Source: Azolla caroliniana (Eukaryota; Plantae; Polypodiophyta). Taken from it: a DNA stretch of 30,296 nt. Numbering within the stretch: the stretch's first letter is position 1; each line of letters starts with the position of its first letter. Below, piece after piece: positions 20,050 through 30,296 of the stretch. The stretch spans positions 1 through 30,296 of the forward strand of contig JBHGNT010000376.1 in the NCBI GenBank assembly GCA_043228905.1. The letters are read 5' to 3'. A program made the position numbers and the translations under genes. The notes under the pieces are model-generated. The model made no database searches, was not told the origin of the DNA, and saw only the letters and a program-made list of their open reading frames with translations.

Positions 20050-22753
20050 GTGTCTCTAATGGTTATGCCATACCTAAAGTTTTAAACGGAAATGCGTAAC
20101 ATTCTGTTATTTCCTGTTTAACTATATGCAATCCAAACTCGTTTTGCTCACGATTTTTTTCTTTTTCCTCTATTCCTTTCTCATTTGAGCAAAAATGAAA
20201 GCGTAGACAAGTAGTATTACGTTTGTCCGTTATGCTTCAGTTCGTCAATTCTCTTCAGTGAAACAAAGGGGGCAGACGCCAGTGTTGTTAATCATGCAAC
20301 TCTAACTTGCTTGTCTTGAACTATAAATCATTCTCATCCTCGCAATCTTGAATGGAAACATCAATGTAGGTGCTTTTATTTTTTGTCCTTTCTGTGTCTT
20401 CTTCTAGTTTTATTGTAGGTGCTTTCATTTCAATTGCAATGTTAACACAATGCCAAAAAAATGAATTTATTTTGTTAATTTAGTTCCATAACTAGCGTTA
20501 CTTAGTGTTGAATTTGCTAAGTTCTTACAGTGAAGCTATTAAAATGACTCTGTTTGTGTCCGTACTTATTCTTATGCATTACATTTTGCATGGTTAACAT
20601 TTGCATTTGGTCTATTCTTGAGTTTCTGTTCGAGATCAGCATTAGAGATATCATAATCATTAGAATATGCAAGAAATTTTCAGGATTTCCGTTCTTTGGA
20701 AGTAATTTGGGAATTGTTTGAATATTGCTTTGTGAAGAATTGTGGTGTTATATTCTTCTTAACATGTTGATATGTTCAGCAAATCCATTCACAATTCAAG
20801 AATACGACTATATATTGATACAGCATTTAAGATACAATTATCTTCATATAAGAGAGCATGCATGTGAATTGTGAACGGACTATAACATTAAGTAGGATAA
20901 AATAAGAATATATTTATCTTCTAGTTTTGATAACAAGCCTAACTGCTTTCCATTTAATGCCATTTTCAGTGCTTATAACTTATTTGTCTTGATCACTATG
21001 TTTCATGAGAGCTCAAAGCTTTGGATCAACAAATTTGCAATGTCAGCATACACATATGTGAGTACTGTATAGTTTGCAGCTGCAATTTCCCAATATTTTG
21101 TATGCAACTTGCAGAGAATGTGTATTTTTTAGCATAAATTTATGAAGAGTAGAATGTCCATTCTCATAAAATTACCTGTTGTGTTTATCTCATGCATCCT
21201 GCTGATGTGAAGATGCACTCAGAATGTGAATTTTTTGTTTTCCTTGTTAGTGAACTCTGAAAAGAAAATATAACGACAATCTCAAAAGGAACATTTTGAG
21301 AAAAATAGAGTTAAATGTATATAATGGACTGAAATTTCAATGCTAAAAGTCAAAGACCAACAACTTTAAGTTTAGAGCTCAGGGTTAGGTTATTGATAAT
21401 ACTTTAGAAAGGTAAAATATTGGAAGTATTGTAGTAGCAAGGAAAATTAAACAAAATGCGTTTCTTAGAGTAAGCATGATTTTTGTTGTAGTCTCCCCAT
21501 ATAAAATGAGAGGACATGACCAAGATTATAAACTCAAATAAAGGGGTCTTATGACAAGTATTCAGGTTGTAACTGCAGTGGTGGATTGTAGGAGAGTATA
21601 GGCAAAGGAGATAAGATCTTGACAGGCAAAGAGAAGTCCTATATTTGGTTGTCTTAGTAAGTAATTTATCAGGATTCTATGATTTGAGGTTTTTAATACC
21701 ACTTAAGGTATGGATATTTTGACAACCTTTACGTTTCTTAGAAAATATTTTGAGTTTTGGTAATCTTGCTTTATAATATCATCGTTAAATTTATTTATTT
21801 ATTTTTATCTGTTAGAGACCAACTTACGATCTATTTTCTATTCGAGTTTTAAAGTTCAATGATGCTTATGAAGAAATTTGCACTTCCCCTTAGGCATCAC
21901 CAGTCTAATAGACAAAGGAATCCTTAGGATCTAGTCCATATTCTGCTGTATCAGCAATTTGGCTATAATTAACTCTTTGTATATGATTCATAAGCATGTC
22001 ACTTGATGTATCTTAATTAGTCAAAAAGGGCATCCACATTGAGAATGGAATGTTAAATGTTTTATTTTTCAGATTGCAATTTGACTAGCTCTCCAATTTA
22101 ATTTTTAACATGCATGAATGCATATACAAAAATATTTATATGGAAAAGGGAATTATTCAGAGTTAGAAGAATCTTTGGAAAAGTCTGTTTATTCTTAAAA
22201 ACCTTGAAGCTGACAATGTGAGTAATAATAATCCTTTTTTTTTTAATTGTCATATAGGAACCTTTGGTCTTCCCATTAACGTACTTATATCTCAAGTTCA
22301 AGATCTCTTCAAGTTTTTGTTTGTAAAAATATTCACAAAGAATTACACTTTGAATTCAACATAATCTCAAAGAGAAGATATTTATTCTCAAGAATATTGC
22401 CGCAGGACCTATACCTTTAGATGTAATGCTAATTTAATAAGAACCTTATAAAATTGAGATCCATTGAAAATTATTTGTAGTACTTTGAATGAAGTTTCTA
22501 GATTATTACTTAAATAAAGATTTTCTGCTGTAGGTGACAAAAGTTTTAGAATAATAACCTGCAAGCTACTTAAACATTGCTCCTAGACAGATTGATAGAG
22601 GAGAGATGGATAGATCTCTGTAGATGTTCTTGGAATGCTACAACATTATCAACATTACTATATATGGACTTATCCACTCTTACATAGGTTTTCTTGCATT
22701 TGCACACCATGAAGAAGATGCATTAGCTCTTAACCTTGTCAGTATGATAAAAA

Positions 22754-22910
22754 GGAAATAATCCCCAGTTTTTCTTTATTTCCCCAAAAATGTGCCCTTG
22801 CTCAAAGTGCTATTTGAGCGTTCCTATTGTCAATTCATTCCCTCATCCTCTCTTTTAGAGGTTGAAAAAGGGCATTTGGGGAAATAAAGAAGAAAAACAG
22901 GAGCATTTCC
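22754..22910. mobile_element. Small foldback/MITE-like element in the presumed intron
   Basis: Left arm GGAAATAATCCCCAGTTTTTCTTTATTTCCCCAAAAATGTGCCCTT is an imperfect inverted repeat of right arm AAGGGCATTTGGGGAAATAAAGAAGAAAAACAGGAGCATTTCC. No clear TSD. Confidence 0.6.
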
Positions 22911-23328
22911 AAGTTTTTCCCAAGATGAAATTATGACAAAGGTCCATTTTTTATTTATTGAACCACATTAAATTGTTTTACAGGAACTTTATACAATGAG
23001 ATAAGAAGTGACGATGATATATGACTGCCAAGAACGTTAAAGGTCAAACTCTTATCTCACTTTGTGTTTTTAAAATGATATGTAGTCAAAATATTCTTAC
23101 TTACTAGTTCCATGTATAGTGTCCTCAGTTCAAGAAAATCTTAGTTATGAGTTTATAATTCCCTTCCTTGTCTTTCCGTATGCTGGTTGGTAATGTAGTC
23201 TATATGGTACAACAGTATTTATATTGTTTGTGTAAAGCACCTCTTTTTGGCTCCGAAATATGGAGTGTGATTATTTGGAATCTGAAGGATTATATTATGG
23301 TTTCTGCAGAAGATTAATTGCTAATACA

Positions 23329-24417
23329 ATGGTAGGACAGATTCGAAGTGTCTCTTGCCATCTATCTGCCCAAAGTATTTCATATTCTCTTTGCTGGGAG
23401 AATACATCCTGCTGCCATAAATTTGTGCTAGCAGTCACAGTTTTAATACTTGCTCCGATTATTTTACTATGTTCTTCATGGCATCCTCTCCTCTCTACAT
23501 CAAGGAAAGTTGTATGGGAGGATAACTCCATGACCATTCTCTCAGGGAATCTAGAGTACATACAATCCACGCAAATTGTTTGGCAAATTCCATCATCTCC
23601 TAAAGCCATCCTTTTTATTGCGCATGGATGCTATGGCCGTGCAACCTTCTTCTGGGATAAGAGTGAAAATTGTGCTGAATGTATTGGTCTTCCTGAAGAG
23701 AGAACCATTGTTTTTCATGCAATAACTAAAGGATATGCGGTCATTGCCATATCTAGCACAAGAGAGTGTTGGGGTTTAAAGGCCGATAAGAAAGAAGTTC
23801 TTAATATACTCTCCTCTTGGATCATGAAAGAAGGACTTATAAGTCTCCCGGTAGTGGCTCTTGGCTCATCCTCTGGTGGATTCTTCATCTCAGCATTGGC
23901 CGAAGAGTACAAATTCAGCTCTCTAGTTATCATGGTTTCTGAAGGGAAATTCAAAGGAATGCAAGTAAAACCAGACTATCCACCAACATTGTTTGTACAT
24001 ATGGCCAAGGATAAGAGGAGAGCTAGTTTAATTAAAGATGCAGTATCACTCCTTGAAAGCAAAGGTGTAGAAGCTGCGGAGGTGAAGTGTTATCAGATTC
24101 CTGTCACACCTCAACTGTTTATAAGAATCCCTGGTATGGATGTGAAGACATCGTATCGTATTTATTATGCATTAAGAGGGAGTAGCATACTCGATCGAAA
24201 TAGTATAATGACCAAAGATGGGCGTTCGATAGATTGGATGAAGCATCTTAAAGTAAGGAATGCGATGCCGGAAGCCGAGTTGAGAAAGTGGGAACGGCAT
24301 TTACAAGAACTGCTGAATGTTGCTTATGGCTATCACGAAATGACAAGCTCACAAGCAAATGAAATCTTTGAATGGTTCAATCGGCATCTTCCGCTTGATG
24401 AAACTATGCTTGAATAG
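23329..24417 (+). CDS. Conserved uncharacterised plant alpha/beta-hydrolase with an N-terminal membrane anchor (~362 aa, single coding exon)
   Basis: Intact ORF in AT-rich DNA. TM segment FVLAVTVLILAPIILLC; motifs WQIPSSPKAILFIAHGC, CAECIGLPEER, nucleophile elbow LGSSSGG (23863-23880), YPPTLFVHMAKD and AYGYHEMTS. Acceptor TTTCTGCAG| at 23309 argues for ATG 23329 rather than 23260. Confidence 0.88.
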   Translation: MVGQIRSVSCHLSAQSISYSLCWENTSCCHKFVLAVTVLILAPIILLCSSWHPLLSTSRKVVWEDNSMTILSGNLEYIQSTQIVWQIPSSPKAILFIAHGCYGRATFFWDKSENCAECIGLPEERTIVFHAITKGYAVIAISSTRECWGLKADKKEVLNILSSWIMKEGLISLPVVALGSSSGGFFISALAEEYKFSSLVIMVSEGKFKGMQVKPDYPPTLFVHMAKDKRRASLIKDAVSLLESKGVEAAEVKCYQIPVTPQLFIRIPGMDVKTSYRIYYALRGSSILDRNSIMTKDGRSIDWMKHLKVRNAMPEAELRKWERHLQELLNVAYGYHEMTSSQANEIFEWFNRHLPLDETMLE

Positions 24418-26529
24418 GGAGATATCGGCCAAGGGTTGTCATTTTTAGTTAATAGATATATTGTTGTTTTTGTGTACCAGGATCATGTGATATAAATATA
24501 TATGCACCGTGAAATAATAGAGTGTGCAAGTAGAATAGATGTTAAATAGTGTGTAGAATGGGATTGCCTTTTTACAAAACTGCTGCAATGCCCTTGATAT
24601 TGTAAATTTTCATTCCAGGACTCTGATATGTGGAATAACCATGCAGAGAGAGGAACTGGATAAAAAGATATAATGCTTGCTCCATTGATAAACAAAAGTT
24701 TCAACTTTGTCGCATAGTACTTACATTAAAGAATATAGCTATTCCAATGTTTCCTGAGTTGTGTTACGATGAATATATAAGAAATTGCATTTACCATCCC
24801 ACATTGAGCTATTTTGATTATTAACAGTCATTTGCACGTCATGCATTTGAGATTGGTAGTTCAAAATGCAGAGATAAGCATTCATTTCAAGGTCTTACTT
24901 TTCTTTTATGAAGTTTTGATGGATGTGAGGTATGTGAGGTATTGTTAGTTATTTATAATGATATGCTCCACTTTAGAGTTCACGTGTTTCATAATGGTTT
25001 GTTAAGTTGGCCAAAATAGTGTAGCATTCTTGCAAAGGAAATGATGCCTAAGTATTCTCTTAAGCATATAAAAGTTTGAAGTCAGTATGTAGGACGAGTG
25101 GCTTGGCGCTTTTTGAGTGATTGTGGTGAATCATGTTTAGGAGAAATAGTTTTGATGATGTCAATGATGATGACGATGTTGATAGTTCGATTACCTACTT
25201 TGAAAATTTGAAGAGGATAATTATCTTAATTATAAAATAAGGAAATCGTGATCAGTCCCAAATTAGTTAATAGACAAGAAATTCGATGAAATACACGATA
25301 TGTGTCGCAAATGTGTGTTTTACATGTGAGGTATTATGCTAGCTTGACGGATTTATATAGTTATTATTATTAGTTCAAGGCATTAAGCATTCCTAGTTCT
25401 AGGGATGGGAATTTGACATCCATAGAGTAATCCTTTATCTCTTAATATCATCATCATCCTATGATATGGGATATTTGATAAATCTTAGTTCCATCAGAGT
25501 CATCTTGTTAATTCTTTATTCTAACATAAAAGAAATAATGTTGAAACGGCCTTGTGACCTCAAAGATGTCATAACATCATATAGTCATAGTACAATAATG
25601 ACTATATGGGTAGGTACATATGAGGCAAGAAATAATATTGAAATGGCCCTATGACCTCAAAGATACCACAATGTCATAAGGACATAACATAATTAAAGTC
25701 CATATGGGCATGTATGCATGTATGAGTATATTTGAAACAGTTGCATGTATGTAAGTTAACATATTTGGTGAAAGGAGGGAATGTTTGCTTTGAAATAATG
25801 GACGTCATATTCAATATGATTGCCTTTCTATCAATAGAAGAGTAAAATTGTTTTATGAATCTTGACACTTGACATTGTTATGGTAAAATATGACCGCCTC
25901 ATGTCCAATTCCATGTCTTTGTTTGTGCAATAATATTTTATTGTAGAAAGTGACTTTATTTTATTCTCAAATTTGTCTAGTAATACAAATTCCTCAATAT
26001 ATTTCAATATTTGAAGGATAGTGTTCCATTGGGATTTAAGAATCAGGACTTGTAATCCTCTTTGTTGGGATTTGGCCGTACAAATATACCCCACGTGTAA
26101 ATGATACTCAGTAATAGACAATGCTAGTGTGGGACTAGTTTGAATGTGAGCAAATGAGTTTCTGCTTTGTAGCAAATATAAATGCAAGCATCTTCACCAT
26201 TTCCCAATTTTGTTATTTTACTAAGACATATTACTAGTGGTAAAACTAGACGTGCCGCGAAAACTCACAAAATAATAGTGAGAAATATATAAAATGCTAA
26301 GGGTGGACATAGAAGTCCTTAGAAGCACTCAAAGTAATGAATGCAAGATTGACAATGATGTCCCTAACTTGCAGACAATCAAATAGAGATTGTCAAAAAG
26401 GTATTGCTCAAGGAAGATAAATAAGTATTCATTGTACAAATGCTTTGGTGAGTGGGCAAATCCATAATTAAGTGTCAGGTTGTTTCTTGTTTTGCACCAG
26501 ATTAGGCACAATTTGATGAAGGTATCCTT

Positions 26530-26770
26530 CTCTTTTGAAGATTGAACCGAATGGGAAGAACACCCAATGCACATCTCCTTAGGAAATTCGATTGTGTAAG
26601 TTGAAGACATGACCTCCATATACATACCTACAAGTTTGTATTTCCCCCAAGACCATGCATTGTTTTAAGTGTCGAAAAAGGGTTTGTGTGTTCTTGAAAC
26701 CATGAGGTTTGTAGCAACCCATAGATTGAAATTTTGAATGTGTGTTAACTTTATCGATTAGAATAACCAT
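26530..26770 (-). pseudogene. Possible heavily decayed MULE/Mutator transposase remnant
   Basis: EFPKEMCIGCSSHSVQS resembles the MULE FP....GC.FH..QA motif, preceded in a neighbouring frame by TQTLFRHLK. Motif-level similarity only. Confidence 0.3.
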
Positions 26771-28314
26771 GCTGCCTTTTTTTTAACATCCAATCATGAA
26801 TATTATAATTTTTGTCTAAAGGAGCCACAAGTATTACTAGGGGTTACCAACTTTGTCACTTTACTCCATATGCGTTACTGATGTGCCCCAAATGCTATAA
26901 AGACATCTATGTCATTAAAGCTTAATAAGTGATCTTGATTATTTATCACATCCTGATTTTATTCCAATTCCAACACTTTCTTTGCTAAGAGGATATAGCT
27001 TTGCTAGATTGTTTTGCTTAATTAATGATTGTGGAAATAAAACTCTTAAATGAAAGCTTTCTAAGCAGCGAGCACAAAGAGTTATGAGATTCTAAGTTTC
27101 TTTCTCTTCATCCTTCTACTATTTTAAAAGCTTGGAGCTAAATGGACATCCTTTGATATGTCCATCAATCTTCACGAATACTACATCCCAATCAATAGTA
27201 TCCCACATGCCAAATGACTTGATTTTCATATTGGTTACGCAATAGGTCGTTATGCGAACAAGGGTAATCCCTCCTCGTACACTAAAAGGATTTGCATGAT
27301 ACCCTACCTCCCATTATTTCATCCAATCACCATTGTTAAAGTTCAAGAAAGATTAACAATCACCCAAGAAAGTAACCTCTAGGAAGGAATCTAGGGCATC
27401 AAAGTTGGATTTGCGTTTTTCAAGGGTGGCAATTGAAAGATGCATGTAAGTGAAATCCCTAGTGTTGATCTCTTCATGCTTGAATATGACATGTTATAGT
27501 CATGAGGTTTTATCACTATCTGCCTTACTAATCTCAAGTGGAGGTTCTAAACTATACTCTACTTGTTAATCTATACTCGTTACTAATCAGACACCACATC
27601 TTAATCTACAACGCTATTACAACCATAGTATGTAATATACTCAAATGCATTGGCAAACATTCTTTTTCATACAAATGCATATGTTATCAAAGCATTCTTA
27701 CATTTTTTTGCACTTTTTACCTTAACTTTCTTGCCTTATAATAAATAATGAATACAAAAGTATGGTATTTGCCATACTTTGAGGGTGTTTACAATATTCG
27801 AATGATTGAAACATTGTCGAATCCGAATGCACGTATGGTAAGTATGATTCATACTATGATTTCAACCATCACTTTCTTGACTAATGTGTCTTTCATCACT
27901 TTACATAGTGTATTTTTCTTCCATGTCCTCCTCTTCCTCAAACACTTCCTAGTTTTTGTTCTTCTTTGGTTGTTGATACGGACTTCTTATTATCAAACTC
28001 TTTAGGTTGCCCCACAATGTATCCATAAGATTGCATCCACTATGAGAATAAATGCTTTGCATGCTTCATAACACGACTTTCATCTTCCTAACATATTTGT
28101 TAAGGAGTTTGAAACTTTAACGCAACATGACTTCTTCTTCTTTACAAAAAAAGGTACTACATTAGTATTAGAAAATGTTGTAAGGCTATACATACAAGAT
28201 AAACCACAGATTCCCTTTTTTCTAAATTCTAACTATTTGCTTAAATAAATACTTTGGTATAGAATAAAACCACTCCACCTTACCAAAAAGTTGTCTATAA
28301 AATATACCTATCTC

Positions 28315-29379
28315 TCAGATGGCATGAAACTCCAATCGCGTATGCTTCGCTAGTTGTGTATTATCTTTTATACTATCCAACAAACCTTTGAGATTATACA
28401 CAATCTCTGTCCAAATCCTAGAAATTAACACAACATGACTTTCTCTTCCCAACATATGGATTGTGTGGAAAAAGGGAGAAGTTTTTTGTGTGTCACTAAC
28501 TTTGATCTTCCTACATGCTAAGTTTGAGAAGTATATACTTTTTATATCAAATAAATAGAGTTTTTGGTTCAAATATGGATAACACATTTTTTTAAGATAC
28601 TAATCAATATTAGTGTCCTACTCTCACCTATGTTATGAGTGCATAACACATTCCGACATGTTTTTCAAGACATTGTTTTCTATGTTTATCCATCTTGTCA
28701 CAAAGTTTTTTCTACTCTAAATGTCCAATGAAACATTTTATTTTGAGTGTTTTCCATGGTTATCTTCACTTGGAGAGTTTTGTTTTACAGTAAGCGTGAA
28801 TGGGCAGATGAACACATACTTTTTTGTTAACATGTAACATTAGATCTTCTTACGTGTATGTTGAGTTGTGTGTCTTCTACTTTTTAGTTATGGTTTAAAT
28901 GTGAATGTGAAGTTTCTTCTTATCCTAATCCTTGTTAACCTCAAATGAGGTTCTATATGGTTCTCGTACTTCATGTTTACATACAATTATAGTCAACACC
29001 ACATGATTCTAACATTGATGATCCAATAACCTATTCTAAAGAAATATGCGTTGTGAAAAAGTTTAGAAATGGAATCAACAACAATAAAGTTCTTGCAAAA
29101 AGCATTGACATTCCAACCATTGCAAACCGTCAATATGTCCATTGTGAACATTGAGTCTTGTTTAACACTTGGCAAGTGAAGACTTGATACTACCTTTGAT
29201 TTCACTTTTTTATTTGGGTCTTTGGTGGCTCTAGGTGGGTAATAACTATTATGTTGGACTAGATACAAATGTGGATGTATAATAATACCCCACTCTAAAG
29301 ATAAAGATACCATGTTAGTAGTTGAACCAAATTGTGATGTCCAAATCTTTATACCATGGATTGGGTCAATGATTGGCAT
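28315..29379 (-). pseudogene. Possible heavily decayed hAT (DUF659-type) transposase remnant
   Basis: Collinear weak motifs: SYYPP (cf. GYKPPS), CNGW...NFIVV....LF (cf. DGW...INFLV....F), CVMHS (cf. C..H.L.L), LAKHTRL (cf. TRF). Confidence 0.33.
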
Positions 29380-29538
29380 CCAAAGACATATAAAGCCTTA
29401 TTGGCAAACAAGTTCATTCTTGCATTATACCACACTTTGGACAAAGACATTGATTATCATACAAAACCTACTCTTTCATTATTTATACATGTTCATCATC
29501 CTTTTCAGATATAGACTCACACAACTATACAAACGAAA

Positions 29539-29663
29539 CATCACATATTGATGCCACACATCGTGTCAATAGCTAAATGGCTTGGGTTGCAATCAATGGA
29601 TCATCACATATTGATGCCACACATCGCGTCAATAGGTAAATAGCTTGATTGCGATCAGTGGAT
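29539..29663. repeat. 63-bp tandem duplication
   Basis: CATCACATATTGATGCCACACATCG(T/C)GTCAATAG... at 29539 and 29602. Confidence 0.92.
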
Positions 29664-30141
29664 AAATTATAAGGAAAATTACAACACACCATTAGTTTGT
29701 ATAAGGAAATTTCCACGAGCCATCCAAATTTTGAATTAACCACATTGCTGGTACACAATATACTTGAGTACCATTTGCATGGTGCAAGTTGTAGTCAAGT
29801 ATGGCTTTGTCAGGTTTGGTTTGGATTTTGAAAGGGTTTGGGAGCCTCATCGGAAGCACTAATCAAAGACATGAGTGAGACACACATGCATCTTTGTATC
29901 ATGAATGCTCTTGCTAAGGTTTGAAAACATCCATGAATGTTGTGCAAAACCATTAGCCCTATAAAACGTAAAAAACAAAGTACACACATTAAAGAGCAAT
30001 CTTTGTCCGAACTCTACCCTCGGGAGAATTCCGAAGAGAAGGTTTGGGCGATTTCAGGGCGCATCGATGAGGACCCATCCTTGCTTGTGCCCTGATCATT
30101 GGACACACAAATACAATCCGATTTGGCTCATTTTGCCAGTG

Positions 30142-30280
30142 AATCCATTGATCCGATCCAATCCAATCCAATCCTATTCAATCGATCCATTCCGATCCGA
30201 GCCGAGCCGATCCGATATATCCAATCCGATTCGATCCGATTTGATCGACTTGATCGGAGCCAATCCGATTAATCGGAGCC
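30142..30280. repeat. Degenerate pentamer repeat (ATCCG/ATCCA/AGCCG)n
   Basis: GATCCGATCCAATCCAATCCAATCC...GATCCGAGCCGAGCCGATCCG...; GC-richer than the flanking DNA. Confidence 0.85.
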
Positions 30281-30296
30281 CCCTCAGACACCGCCC

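Noticed and set aside
23260-23328. N-terminal 23 codons of the 385-aa ORF
   Set aside because: They contain a strong splice acceptor (TTTCTGCAG, 23309), so they are probably intron and UTR; ATG 23329 is preferred, though unverified.

Overview
Eukaryotic land-plant DNA; the repeat types suggest a large genome, possibly a fern, which is a weak inference. The left ~16 kb is a stack of nested retroelements. (i) A long minus-strand, non-gag/pol coiled-coil ORF runs off the left edge and is split by a copia solo LTR (1325-2061, TSD TTACT). (ii) A copia RT fragment is joined in frame to the integrase-chromodomain-PPT-LTR end of a gypsy chromovirus. (iii) A decayed gypsy gag follows. (iv) A minus-strand gypsy LTR has a full-length but pseudogenised Tnt1/Tork-type copia inserted in it (7338-12768, TSD AGATC, LTRs ~95% identical by manual count). 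(v) Three same-orientation L1-type LINE 3' ends share a conserved terminal motif. The right half holds one clear host gene, a membrane-anchored alpha/beta-hydrolase (CDS ~23329-24417, +), with probable 5'UTR exons near 19.6-19.9 kb behind a higher-order CT/CA microsatellite. It is followed by AT-rich DNA with faint DNA-transposase remnants. No prokaryotic systems or CRISPR arrays are present, and nothing here is proven novel. The best candidates for something undescribed are the hidden >640-aa retroelement accessory ORF, the conserved LINE 3' stem-loop motif and the uORF-bearing leader of the hydrolase gene.
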